64,000 nucleotides of DNA from an uncultured virus (IMG/VR IMGVR_UViG_3300023119_000021) (IMGVR_UViG_3300023119_000021), one strand, 5' to 3'. Numbered from the stretch's first letter, positions 1-8,030 are shown. Made by a program: numbers and translations. Notes: generated from the letters alone by a model not told the origin.

Positions 1-122
1 ATATCAACAAGATCTCTTGTCCTTACTGTCGGATTTATAAACGGATCTTTGATTTGTAATTCTTTCTTGAATACATCTATGATAAATTCTGCCTTGTTGA
101 GTTCTTCTTTTATTTGTAACAT
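1..122 (-). CDS. Partial hypothetical protein, possibly DnaA C-terminal HTH-like; runs off window start
   Basis: ATG at 122 after an AT-rich leader; reads MLQIKEELNKAEFIIDVFKKELQIKDPFINPTVRTRDLVD and stays open to base 1. Family is a weak guess. Confidence 0.45.
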   Translation of the reverse strand, partial: MLQIKEELNKAEFIIDVFKKELQIKDPFINPTVRTRDLVD

Positions 123-150
123 ATTAAATTAGATTAAATTAAATAACTTG

Positions 151-179
151 AAAGGGAGCGGACTTGCCATTCGCCCCCA
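151..179 (-). terminator. Hairpin or weak intrinsic terminator after the SSB-like gene
   Basis: Minus strand GGGGGCG-N11-CGCTCCC followed by TTT. Confidence 0.4.
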
Positions 180-208
180 TGTATCAAGTAAAAAAAACAA
201 AAATTAAA

Positions 209-505
209 TCAGAACGGCAAGTCGTCATCAGCAGGAACTGTTTGTGCCTGTACTGAAGCTTGTTGTTGGGTAGGCTGTCCTTCTTGTTGTTTAGAAGGGA
301 ATACCTTACCGAGATTGTATCTACTCTTTGTTTCAGAGTTGTAACCTGATAAGGACTTTGATCCATCCTCCCAAGTTGTAAGGTCAAACCATACTGTCTT
401 TCCGTACTGATCGCTTTCAGTTACAGCTTTTGGTGTTTCCTTCATTAGTCTTCCGAGTTCTGTTGCGTTTAATGCAATTCGCTCTTTGTTTGTTGGTTGT
501 GCCAT
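209..505 (-). CDS. Single-stranded DNA-binding protein (putative)
   Basis: 98 aa with a Q-rich linker and acidic C-terminal tail DDDLPF typical of SSBs; adjacent to an exonuclease. Confidence 0.65.
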   Translation of the reverse strand: MAQPTNKERIALNATELGRLMKETPKAVTESDQYGKTVWFDLTTWEDGSKSLSGYNSETKSRYNLGKVFPSKQQEGQPTQQQASVQAQTVPADDDLPF

Positions 506-515
506 AATTGTAATT

Positions 516-1208
516 TTAAGTTAATAATTGATTTAAATTGTTGAGGTACTCTCTGGCAAGGGTAACTCGGTTATAGATTGCATCTATGTCTTTCTGGTTT
601 CTTTCGACCATAAATTCTTTAATCCTGTGTCTAGGGTTTATATCTTTAAACTTGTGAGAGTCCCAAACCTCTTGTTCGAGTTCCTCTGGTAATTCAATCA
701 TCCCAAGCTTAGACCTAATCCTTTTCATCTCATCAAAGATTAGTTCATCAGGTGTGTCAACAAGACAATAAACTAGCTTTGATTCTTCAAAATCTGTCAA
801 AGCCATATACCCTTGAAGTTGCCAATAATAGTCTTTCTCAGGAACATCTTCGTCAGTCAAAGGAAATGTTTTGTGATTCCATGAGCATTTAATGTCCACT
901 AAAGTGTCTGCAAAGAGGTCTGGCTCTCCAGTTATGTACTCGTTGTTATACCTCTTTGTGTTCTTTACAACATCCCTTGCGATATATTGTCCATACATTG
1001 CAATAGCCTCTTCTTCAGCCATGATACCTTTGTCAAGGTATTTGGACTTTATTTGTCCAGATTTACCGTATAGTTCCTCTTTAAATATCTCGCCCAAGTA
1101 AGTTCTCGTGCCCACTGCAAGCAGGTCCTTCTTGTTTCTTGGTTTCGTCATCAACTTACCAATGGACGAGCATCTAAAAAGGTAATTATCAAATAAGATT
1201 TTACTCAT
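516..1208 (-). CDS. YqaJ/lambda-exonuclease-like PD-(D/E)xK nuclease
   Basis: Motifs RCSSIG, KG..AEEEAI, TGEPD, VDIKCSW, YYWQLQGYM. Confidence 0.85.
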   Translation of the reverse strand: MSKILFDNYLFRCSSIGKLMTKPRNKKDLLAVGTRTYLGEIFKEELYGKSGQIKSKYLDKGIMAEEEAIAMYGQYIARDVVKNTKRYNNEYITGEPDLFADTLVDIKCSWNHKTFPLTDEDVPEKDYYWQLQGYMALTDFEESKLVYCLVDTPDELIFDEMKRIRSKLGMIELPEELEQEVWDSHKFKDINPRHRIKEFMVERNQKDIDAIYNRVTLAREYLNNLNQLLT

Positions 1209-1641
1209 GATTTTTTATTTTTTTCATCTGTTGGATAATTGTTTTTGCTCTTTTATGTAATATGTTTTTTGAAAAAACAGAAAGAACATCTTCATAATTA
1301 AGCAAGTCTTTGGTGATTTTATTAAACTCTTCACTCAACTCAATACTCATGTTTCTTCTTATTATAGCAATTTCATCTATAGTTGTACATGAATACGCTG
1401 TGTTTGGCTTTTTAGATCTGTTATTTATTTTCTCACCTACCTCTTTTATAAATCCAGATTGATGAAGCTCAGTGAATCTTGGAGCCACCTCATTAAATTT
1501 CATTTGGTAAATTTCGCAAACTTCTTGAGGGGAAACGGGTTGATGTTTTTGTATGTATTCATATATTTTCAACCTTCTTTTTGGCAGACTATCCATTATA
1601 CTCTTGTAGGATTCGTTTCTATTTAAAGTAGAAATATTCAT
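1201..1641 (-). CDS. Winged-helix DNA-binding protein
   Basis: KIYEYIQKH..VSPQEV..NEVAPRFTELHQSGFIKEVG fits a wHTH pattern. Confidence 0.6.
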   Translation of the reverse strand: MNISTLNRNESYKSIMDSLPKRRLKIYEYIQKHQPVSPQEVCEIYQMKFNEVAPRFTELHQSGFIKEVGEKINNRSKKPNTAYSCTTIDEIAIIRRNMSIELSEEFNKITKDLLNYEDVLSVFSKNILHKRAKTIIQQMKKIKNHE

Positions 1642-1643
1642 AA

Positions 1644-2033
1644 CTATTTTCTTTTAAAGTCCTCTGATTCATCTTCTCCAAAAACCCCTAGTTCATAGAA
1701 CCCTGTGAGTTTTAGTACTGCACGAGACATTGCTCGTTTCTCTGCCATCTCCATGACATACCAGGTGTTACAGTTACCACTCTTATAGTCTCCTTTAAGA
1801 GCAGAGCCAAATGTTTCTATTGACGCACCTTCTTTGTCTGCATTTGCTTTCACAACTGCAAACTCAGGTTTGCATTCAATAACATCGTAATGTATTTTGA
1901 TTTGCTCTACGCCCTGTATCTTGTCGATACCTGCACGAGTAATGATCGTGTAGTGTTGGTGCTTGAATACCTCATCTGGTGTGAGGTCATACTTCTTGTA
2001 TAGCTTCGCTATCTTTTCTCTGTTTGTTGCCAT
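1644..2033 (-). CDS. Putative single-strand annealing protein (Rad52/Sak-like fold)
   Basis: ETFGSA...MAEKRAMSRAVLK resembles the terminal helix motif of Rad52/ERF/Sak-type proteins; lies upstream of exonuclease and SSB. Confidence 0.45.
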   Translation of the reverse strand: MATNREKIAKLYKKYDLTPDEVFKHQHYTIITRAGIDKIQGVEQIKIHYDVIECKPEFAVVKANADKEGASIETFGSALKGDYKSGNCNTWYVMEMAEKRAMSRAVLKLTGFYELGVFGEDESEDFKRK

Positions 2034-2415
2034 AATTTGATTTAATTTGATTTATATGTATTACTTTATTTAAGTTGAACCCATTCAAAGCACTCTTGTG
2101 TCGGTTGATAGAAGCCTCTGTGGCGTCCTTTTCATTGCTCTGTAGTGTCTCAAGCTTATCGAAGTGATAAGAGTAGCACAGAGCGTCTGATAACGCCCTT
2201 AAACCGCATTCATATGCATACTCGACAAAAGAGTCTTCGTAGGGTCTGTAAATGTCAACGGCAGTATCTAATAAACTATACGTACCATTTTCATCTTTCT
2301 CAAGTTTAACTCTTGGTAGGAAGTATTGTTGCGAGCCATCAAGGAAGTCAATCCTTGAAGCTGTATCCATAGTCTTCCACACCACGCTTAACTTGTACTG
2401 TCTATCTCTCTCCAT
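1987..2415 (-). CDS. Hypothetical protein
   Basis: 142 aa ORF in a tightly packed minus-strand operon. Confidence 0.65.
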   Translation of the reverse strand: MERDRQYKLSVVWKTMDTASRIDFLDGSQQYFLPRVKLEKDENGTYSLLDTAVDIYRPYEDSFVEYAYECGLRALSDALCYSYHFDKLETLQSNEKDATEASINRHKSALNGFNLNKVIHINQIKSNYGNKQRKDSEAIQEV

Positions 2416-2611
2416 TAAATTCTTTCTGTTCGTCTATAATTTCATTTAGTTCGGCTATAATGCCATCTTGAAACTTGACTTGTCTTTGAGACATTTCTAA
2501 TTCATACTCAAGCTTTGATACCTTCTCATGAAGCTCTCTTTTTTTGTCGTAGAGCTTGTAGACTTGTTCTAAAGCCCATTCTCTTTGCATATTTTCAAAT
2601 GTTTGTTCCAT
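2402..2611 (-). CDS. Hypothetical coiled-coil protein
   Basis: 69 aa with heptad pattern; operon packing. Confidence 0.65.
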   Translation of the reverse strand: MEQTFENMQREWALEQVYKLYDKKRELHEKVSKLEYELEMSQRQVKFQDGIIAELNEIIDEQKEFNGER

Positions 2612-2613
2612 AA

Positions 2614-2817
2614 TTATAATAGTATTAGTCTTAAGTATTCTTTTAGTTCATTCATCCTACCGCTTAATGCTCTCATCTCTTCTGCTTTCTGATACAGTTC
2701 GATGTCACTAAGCTCATGTAGGTCTTTGACTATTCTGGTCATTTTCATGTGTAGATTGAATATGTGATCCCTCACTTTCTCCACATGACTTCTCTTCTTG
2801 CTTTTTAGATTTATCAT
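2614..2817 (-). CDS. Hypothetical protein
   Basis: 67 aa, 2 bp from the next gene. Confidence 0.6.
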   Translation of the reverse strand: MINLKSKKRSHVEKVRDHIFNLHMKMTRIVKDLHELSDIELYQKAEEMRALSGRMNELKEYLRLILL

Positions 2818-2941
2818 ATAACATGTTATTTCTGTTTGGCGTTGCTAAAGTACCAAAATATTCCTCTTCCATCCAATGAAGTTCCACTCTACTTGAGTAT
2901 TCATACCAAGTCTCATCTAAAGTTCTCTTAATTCCACTCAT
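2714..2941 (-). CDS. Hypothetical protein
   Basis: Starts at ATGA overlap with the upstream stop; its 3' end overlaps the next gene by about 100 bp. Confidence 0.5.
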   Translation of the reverse strand: MSGIKRTLDETWYEYSSRVELHWMEEEYFGTLATPNRNNMLYDKSKKQEEKSCGESEGSHIQSTHENDQNSQRPT

Positions 2942-3144
2942 AGTTTCTCGGATTCATAGTTCAAATGTCTTGATTCATAGCATCCTACACTACAATAGGA
3001 ATCGTTGTAATCAGGCTCTGCATCTCCGCTGTCTACACCGAGTTTAGAGCCACAAGTTTTACAATAATTAAATTCTTGCTTTAATTTGCCTACCAATGCA
3101 TCCTTTACTTCAGGAGAAAGATGGCTGAAATCGAATATACTCAT
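2938..3144 (-). CDS. Small zinc-binding protein (CxxC...CSxxC, TRASH-like)
   Basis: YCKTCG...YCSVGC; likely start at ATG 3144 (MSIFDF), overlapping the upstream TGA. Confidence 0.65.
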   Translation of the reverse strand: MSIFDFSHLSPEVKDALVGKLKQEFNYCKTCGSKLGVDSGDAEPDYNDSYCSVGCYESRHLNYESEKL

Positions 3145-3320
3145 GATGTTGTTGATATTTGCTGTGATGATAGTGAACGTTTCACTTTGCTCCACCACAC
3201 ATTCATTTTGTATGCGTTATTGAATTGCCTTTGTGTCATTGCTCTGAACCGAACCACACCATCTGCCCCTTTGTAGGAGCAGACGTGCAATCCTGTCTCA
3301 AGCTTTTTAAAGTTATCCAT
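3141..3320 (-). CDS. Hypothetical protein (59 aa, not in ORF track)
   Basis: MDNFKKLETGLHVCSYKGADGVVRFRAMTQRQFNNAYKMNVWWSKVKR...; fills the gap with overlaps at both ends. Confidence 0.6.
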   Translation of the reverse strand: MDNFKKLETGLHVCSYKGADGVVRFRAMTQRQFNNAYKMNVWWSKVKRSLSSQQISTTS

Positions 3321-3678
3321 TTAAAGCTGTGAATAAATCTATCTTAGCTTCATTTTCTCTAACATCCAAGTACTCTAATGGAGTGTAAGTGTTTCCTTTA
3401 TAACTTACAGTAACAGTTACCTTGTTTGACTTGGTGTTTTCAACTACTGACTTATTGTTGTCTTTAGTTGTAGCCTCATTTTTCATAGGCGTGTAGCGTC
3501 TTAACGCACTCTCAATCGTAGACTCTCTAAGCCATACCCCATACTTGTTGTGGTAAGCCTTTTGAATCACACGAAGGTCTTGACCCTTCTGATTGTAAAT
3601 AAACTGAAGGTTTGCATTGGGAATACGACCTCTGTAAAATTTAGTGGGTTTTCTTCCTCTTCTTGTCATTGTACTCAT
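3313..3678 (-). CDS. Hypothetical basic protein, possibly DNA-binding
   Basis: 121 aa with an R/K-rich N-terminus; directly downstream of structured leader copy 1. Confidence 0.65.
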   Translation of the reverse strand: MSTMTRRGRKPTKFYRGRIPNANLQFIYNQKGQDLRVIQKAYHNKYGVWLRESTIESALRRYTPMKNEATTKDNNKSVVENTKSNKVTVTVSYKGNTYTPLEYLDVRENEAKIDLFTALNG

Positions 3679-3698
3679 AGTTAATTAAATTAAATTTC

Positions 3699-3730
3699 GC
3701 CTACTCTATAAGGTTTTCGGCATCCCCTTT
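3699..3730 (-). ncRNA. Structured leader motif copy 1 (Flavo-1-like)
   Basis: AAAGGGGATGCCGAAAACCTTATAGAGTAGGC; GCC/GGC stem closing a GAA/AGUA bulged-G module; 28/29 nt identical to 4267-4295. The Flavo-1 resemblance is from memory. Confidence 0.5.
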
Positions 3731-3849
3731 AGCTTCAGGAGTAGGACTCGAACCTACCCTTTTCCCATTCTCAGCTCTCTTACTCAATGTGCACCTTGAG
3801 TCCTCGTCTTCAAGCGAATGTAATGTGCTACCGACTACACTATCCTGAT
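3730..3849 (-). ncRNA. tRNA-like RNA with an enlarged, branched anticodon domain
   Basis: Acceptor TCAGGA/TCCTGA, D arm GTGT-AGTCGGTA-GCAC, T arm GTAGG-TTCGAGT-CCTAC; about 65 nt between D and T arms and no 7-nt anticodon loop. Confidence 0.75.
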
Positions 3850-3884
3850 GTTTGATAAAGGGAGGTAATTCCTCCCTTGTTAAA

Positions 3885-4208
3885 TTAATAACCCTTCTCA
3901 CTCAACAAAGAGTTTTCAAGATTAGACACTCTGTTTCTCATTATAACGTGTGCCGAAATAAACTGAAACAATCTGTCATATTCATCCTTAGATTTGAGTT
4001 GAAACAACACATTGCCAACTACCCTAAATCCAAGATAGAATGATGCAATAAAGTTTTCTTCTAAATCTAAATTTAATCCGTTCTCGTTAAACCACACTTT
4101 AGTGCCATCGGGCTGTGTGTATAATTCAACAAGTCCTTCAACAGCTTTTTGCTTGTCCTCCAATCCTTTGATTTCTACATCAAAAGAAACGTTCTCATTC
4201 GATTTAAT
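3885..4208 (-). CDS. Hypothetical protein (start uncertain: ATT 4208 or TTG 4163)
   Basis: Frame is open well upstream of the TTG at 4163 with no in-frame ATG; ATT at 4208 follows an AT-rich leader. Confidence 0.55.
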   Translation of the reverse strand: MKSNENVSFDVEIKGLEDKQKAVEGLVELYTQPDGTKVWFNENGLNLDLEENFIASFYLGFRVVGNVLFQLKSKDEYDRLFQFISAHVIMRNRVSNLENSLLSEKGY

Positions 4209-4262
4209 TAAAATATACTTTTCGAAATTTTCGTGAGGCTCTCAACCCCTTTTATTAAATTG

Positions 4263-4296
4263 TGCTTACTCTGTAAGGTTTTCGGCATCCCCTTTT
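4263..4296 (-). ncRNA. Structured leader motif copy 2 (Flavo-1-like)
   Basis: AAAAGGGGATGCCGAAAACCTTACAGAGTAAGCA, immediately downstream of a promoter-like site. Confidence 0.5.
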
Positions 4297-4302
4297 CTGT
4301 TC

Positions 4303-4334
4303 GCAAGTTAATAACAATGTTTATAATTTCCAAA
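4303..4334 (-). promoter_or_regulatory. Bacteroidota-type promoter (variant -7)
   Basis: TTTG (4334-4331), N20, TAACTTGC (4310-4303). Confidence 0.5.
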
Positions 4335-4353
4335 TTTATTTTTAACTTACTGA

Positions 4354-4425
4354 TTATCTGTCGTTTAGTGTCCAATATATAGCCACGAATGAAGCTATAC
4401 TAATAATTGTCCAGGCACTAATCAT
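4354..4425 (-). CDS. Hydrophobic micro-peptide (23 aa)
   Basis: MISAWTIISIASFVAIYWTLNDR; ATGA overlap with the upstream gene. Confidence 0.4.
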   Translation of the reverse strand: MISAWTIISIASFVAIYWTLNDR

Positions 4426-4673
4426 TCCTTTATGTATTTTATATTCTCATTGTATTGTCTAATCAGAAAATCTTGCTGATGGTCTGGAAGATCTTGTACG
4501 TTTACAACGCTATATCCTTTGTGTAACCTTGTTTCTTTCCTTGCCTCAGCACTAACCCCATAAATTCTTGGGGGTCTGTTAAAATGCTCTTGGAGAATCT
4601 TATCCTCCTTTTTGTTGTACAGAACAAACTCCTCTTGTTCCGTTACGTTTGGGTAGTACGTATAGTTTTTCAT
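4422..4673 (-). CDS. Hypothetical early protein
   Basis: 83 aa ORF with an AT-rich leader. Confidence 0.65.
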   Translation of the reverse strand: MKNYTYYPNVTEQEEFVLYNKKEDKILQEHFNRPPRIYGVSAEARKETRLHKGYSVVNVQDLPDHQQDFLIRQYNENIKYIKE

Positions 4674-4685
4674 ATTTATTTGATT

Positions 4686-4922
4686 TTAATTGTTTAGTGT
4701 TGATTGTTTTTCTATCCATCTTCTAAATCCAATAGCCACATCTCCATCGTGCCAATTATCCCAGTCCGCAGTATAATAAACATCCCAATAAACAAACTCT
4801 ACTATGTTTTCAAAATTGCTTGGCACATCTATTCCTATTCTGTGAAATATTTCTATTAACATCGAATTAATTTCATCCCATTTTTTAGCATCTATTTTAT
4901 TATTTGTTATCTCCATTTTCAT
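4686..4922 (-). CDS. Hypothetical early protein
   Basis: 78 aa; ATGA overlap with the upstream gene. Confidence 0.65.
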   Translation of the reverse strand: MKMEITNNKIDAKKWDEINSMLIEIFHRIGIDVPSNFENIVEFVYWDVYYTADWDNWHDGDVAIGFRRWIEKQSTLNN

Positions 4923-5155
4923 TTGATTTTAATTTTACTCATTACTTCCTTAATTATTTCTTCGATGAAGTCATACTTTTGGTCGATTATTGCATCGTAC
5001 CATTGTGGAGGAATGTCGAAGTACTCCTCAACGTGTTCTCTTACTTTCTCTTCTATCATTTCGGATAGATCTCTGATTATTTCGTGTGCTGTATCTGATA
5101 CTGCATTGTCAAATACGTCCTCGAATGGGTCTGTGTCATAAGGTGGATATCTCAT
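4919..5155 (-). CDS. Hypothetical acidic early protein
   Basis: 78 aa, D/E-rich. Confidence 0.65.
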   Translation of the reverse strand: MRYPPYDTDPFEDVFDNAVSDTAHEIIRDLSEMIEEKVREHVEEYFDIPPQWYDAIIDQKYDFIEEIIKEVMSKIKIK

Positions 5156-5166
5156 AATGTTTGTTT

Positions 5167-5334
5167 TTATAGTTTGTTATATTTTCTCATATCTTCAAAT
5201 ACTTGTTGTATCACATGGTCGTTGTCGCTTTCTTGTATTGTGTTGACAAGCCAAGTTATCTCATCTATTGGGTCTGAACATTCAGTCAGTATCCAATCAG
5301 CATATTTCTCTGCTTCTGTTTGTGTTATTCTCAT
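5167..5334 (-). CDS. Hypothetical protein (55 aa, not in ORF track)
   Basis: MRITQTEAEKYADWILTECSDPIDEITWLVNTIQES...; leader AAATCAAACATTATG. Confidence 0.6.
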   Translation of the reverse strand: MRITQTEAEKYADWILTECSDPIDEITWLVNTIQESDNDHVIQQVFEDMRKYNKL

Positions 5335-5392
5335 AATGTTTGATTTAATTCGATTAATTCATCTATACAATACTTTTTTAATTCTTGTTTTG

Positions 5393-6061
5393 TCATTTTA
5401 TTGTTGGTTTTAGATTAATAATATACTCTGAATACTGAGTTGCAATTGCCCTTGCCATTCCTGGAAATGTCTTACTTCTCAATGTTCTCCTTTCTTCTGG
5501 GGTCTTAGCTTTTGCTAATGCATCCATATACCATTGTGCTTGTCTTTTCTTTTTTCCATTCTTATCTGTCCATTCGAAGAAGTCGCCTTTATCAACAACA
5601 TCTGTTGGCTTGAGAAGAGGAAGGTTCTTTGTCCAAAGACACGTTTGCTTTGATGCTTTATCTCCAAACATGTAGGGCTGAACAATTTGATTAGGCTTCC
5701 TTATTTGTGATGATATAACGCTTATTGGATTTTCAATAGCTATATGTTTTATTGGGGCATCCATCAGTTGCTTGACAAATAATAACGCTTTATCTCTGTT
5801 CTCCCATCGCTCTTGATTCTTTGAGCCATCCTTGTTGTATAGCCATCTGTTACCGCTGACTGCTAAGAATGTGCATGGAGGATGAGCAATCATTAAATCG
5901 TATTTTCCACTATATGCTTCCTTCAATGCATCTCCTTGTATGTGCCATTCGGGATGACCACCACTACAAGGGATCAAGTCGCAAGAATAGGCTTCGTGTC
6001 TAAGTTTTCTAAATTCTTTTGTTATCGCTTGGCTTTCTTCACAAGCTACTAATACTTTCAT
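5393..6061 (-). CDS. DNA (cytosine-5)-methyltransferase, compact phage type
   Basis: VLVACEESQ (motif I variant), HPPCT (catalytic PC), IENP (motif VI), QPYMFG, KQTCLW, RSKTFPGMA. Confidence 0.85.
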   Translation of the reverse strand: MKVLVACEESQAITKEFRKLRHEAYSCDLIPCSGGHPEWHIQGDALKEAYSGKYDLMIAHPPCTFLAVSGNRWLYNKDGSKNQERWENRDKALLFVKQLMDAPIKHIAIENPISVISSQIRKPNQIVQPYMFGDKASKQTCLWTKNLPLLKPTDVVDKGDFFEWTDKNGKKKRQAQWYMDALAKAKTPEERRTLRSKTFPGMARAIATQYSEYIINLKPTIK

Positions 6062-6063
6062 AA

Positions 6064-6204
6064 TTACTTATTTTGTTTTATAAATTCTTTTATTTTATAT
6101 TCAATAATTGCCAATTGATATGGTGTTATGTCTCCGCTTTTTAGGTTATAATCCTCACAGATTAAATCCCAATCTACGTATCTGTCGATATCAAAATTTT
6201 CCAT
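6064..6204 (-). CDS. Hypothetical protein (46 aa)
   Basis: Likely start MENFDIDRY at 6204, 1 bp after the upstream stop. Confidence 0.55.
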   Translation of the reverse strand: MENFDIDRYVDWDLICEDYNLKSGDITPYQLAIIEYKIKEFIKQNK

Positions 6205-6205
6205 A

Positions 6206-6406
6206 TTATTTATATTCTTGTTTTGCTCCTTGTTCGTTATGGTATACTTCGTATAGCCAATCTTCAATAGACATTCCATCTTCGTATTTCACACTTGTAA
6301 GTGATGCTATTGTATTCTCGTTTTGAATCTGTTCCTTACTACCCCAATAATCGGGTAGGTGTATTCGTTCCATTTCTTGTAAGACAAATTGTTTTAAGCT
6401 TTCCAT
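6206..6406 (-). CDS. Hypothetical protein
   Basis: 66 aa; operon packing. Confidence 0.6.
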   Translation of the reverse strand: MESLKQFVLQEMERIHLPDYWGSKEQIQNENTIASLTSVKYEDGMSIEDWLYEVYHNEQGAKQEYK

Positions 6407-6531
6407 TTTTTGTTAGGGTTTTTATCGTTAATAAATGTTTTTCCAAAGGCAAGAATGAATAGTCTTTCTTGTTCTTTTTTTGTTATCGTTTTGTTGTTAA
6501 ATTTTCTGTAAAGTCTTTTATATTCTTCCAT
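6394..6531 (-). CDS. Hypothetical basic protein (45 aa, not in ORF track)
   Basis: MEEYKRLYRKFNNKTITKKEQERLFILAFGKTF...; leader AAATCAAACGGAATG. Confidence 0.5.
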   Translation of the reverse strand: MEEYKRLYRKFNNKTITKKEQERLFILAFGKTFINDKNPNKKWKA

Positions 6532-6542
6532 TCCGTTTGATT

Positions 6543-7076
6543 TTAAATTAATTTTCCTTCTTCTGTAAATTCATATTCGTTTGCTTCAATCGTTTCAATG
6601 ATTGCTTCTTCGCTTGTAAGGTATTCGTACTCATCCCTCAGCCATCTTAGTATCTCGTACTCCAAATTCTTCTTTAAATCGATTGTAATACCCTCTACAT
6701 CCTCATCAAATTCATCGTATAATTCCATCTTGACTGAATAGCCATCTGTATCATTTCCCTCCCCATGATGCTTTACAAGGGCATCCCATTTCTCTATAAA
6801 GTCTTTAGCATCTTTCACAATTTCCATTGCTTGACCAAATGTGCCTACAATGTTTGTTGCTATTTCATATCCTCCCTCTAAAAATTCAATCTCACATTCT
6901 TGTCTTCTTCCTATGTCAAAGGAGTTAACTTTTATCCCACATTCTCGCAATGTTTCGTATGTGCAATCCCACCAATCAAATTCTACATTGATATGAATAT
7001 TATCCTCGATAACTTGCAATTTTGTTTGTTCATCTAATTCGTCAAACTTGTACGCTTGTAATTCTATTGTTCTCAT
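6543..7076 (-). CDS. Conserved acidic phage early protein
   Basis: N-terminal YKFDEL and C-terminal EYEYLTSEEAIIETIEANEYEFTEEG motif, recurrent in phage early regions. Confidence 0.75.
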   Translation of the reverse strand: MRTIELQAYKFDELDEQTKLQVIEDNIHINVEFDWWDCTYETLRECGIKVNSFDIGRRQECEIEFLEGGYEIATNIVGTFGQAMEIVKDAKDFIEKWDALVKHHGEGNDTDGYSVKMELYDEFDEDVEGITIDLKKNLEYEILRWLRDEYEYLTSEEAIIETIEANEYEFTEEGKLI

Positions 7077-7077
7077 T

Positions 7078-7254
7078 TTATTTAGTTTTTAATTTTTTTG
7101 ATAATTTATTTATTTTTATTTCTAAACATTGTATGTAGTCCATAAAAGAGTTTATGTAATATTTGTCATCAGTTTTAAGTTCTTCTAATCTGTAATTGAA
7201 GTAATTAAATCCATCATCTACTGTGTCAATTAGTTTCACTTCTTTTACTTTCAT
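7078..7254 (-). CDS. Hypothetical protein
   Basis: Likely start MKVKEVK at 7254 after a hairpin and ACAAATCCAAACACAATG leader. Confidence 0.6.
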   Translation of the reverse strand: MKVKEVKLIDTVDDGFNYFNYRLEELKTDDKYYINSFMDYIQCLEIKINKLSKKLKTK

Positions 7255-7300
7255 TGTGTTTGGATTTGTGAGGGGGAATCTCACCCCCTCGTTATTTGTT

Positions 7301-7633
7301 TTAAATTGTTTCAAGTTGTTCGTTGTATCTGTTTTCAATAGCCTTTAAATCTCTTTTTAGGCATCCTCTTTCAATCTTTGAGTTTAATTGTACCCCTACC
7401 CTTTGACAGTATCTCGAAAGGCTCTCAAAGTCTGTTGAAATCTTGTTAAATTGGGTTAGTATTGCTTTTGCTTCTTGCTCGTATTGTGAGCCATACCCAT
7501 ACTGAAACGGCATCAAAAATACTTCCTCTGTTTCTGTTCCTTTGTTTAGGGTTATCGTTCCCGCAAAATAACTGTTTCCGTTTACCTTGTCAAACCATTC
7601 TTTGGATCGAATGTCTATTGTCTTTGTTTTCAT
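7301..7633 (-). CDS. Conserved phage early protein
   Basis: WFDKVNGNSYFA...PFQYGYGSQYEQ motif; leader ACAAATCAAACACAATG. Confidence 0.7.
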   Translation of the reverse strand: MKTKTIDIRSKEWFDKVNGNSYFAGTITLNKGTETEEVFLMPFQYGYGSQYEQEAKAILTQFNKISTDFESLSRYCQRVGVQLNSKIERGCLKRDLKAIENRYNEQLETI

Positions 7634-7682
7634 TGTGTTTGATTTGTGGAGGGAGTTTCCTCCCCTCCGTTGGTTTATATGT

Positions 7683-8030
7683 TTATGCTACTTCTGTTTT
7701 TTCGTTGTATCTGTCTACGGCATGACCTACCAATTCTCTGTCGGTTGCAAAATCATAAAGCATTGCAAAAGCGAGTTGATAGATTGAATTAATCTCAAGA
7801 CCTAATTCATTTTCTTCAAATTCTGTGAATGTTCTGAGGGCATTTATCACGTCAAATTGAGTGCTATAATATATTAGCATATCGTCTAAAATTTGCATGA
7901 GGTTTTCCTCTAATTCTGTGTAGATGTCCTCTTCATCTTTTCCGTTTTCATTGTCGTACAAAATGACGTCTTCAATGTATCCTATTAGATTGTTGATGAC
8001 TGCTTCTCTTACTTCAAATTCTGTTTTCAT
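7683..8030 (-). CDS. Acidic early protein
   Basis: 115 aa, strongly D/E-rich, second gene after the early promoter; an Ocr-like DNA-mimic role is only a guess. Confidence 0.65.
   Translation of the reverse strand: MKTEFEVREAVINNLIGYIEDVILYDNENGKDEEDIYTELEENLMQILDDMLIYYSTQFDVINALRTFTEFEENELGLEINSIYQLAFAMLYDFATDRELVGHAVDRYNEKTEVA

Noticed and set aside
3730..3849. Canonical tRNA, tmRNA or group I intron-containing tRNA
   Set aside because: No 7-nt anticodon loop can be assigned, there is no tag reading frame, and the insert is far too short for a self-splicing intron.
3701..3901. 66-aa minus-strand ORF
   Set aside because: It spans a hairpin, the tRNA-like RNA and the leader motif; RNA structure explains the sequence better.
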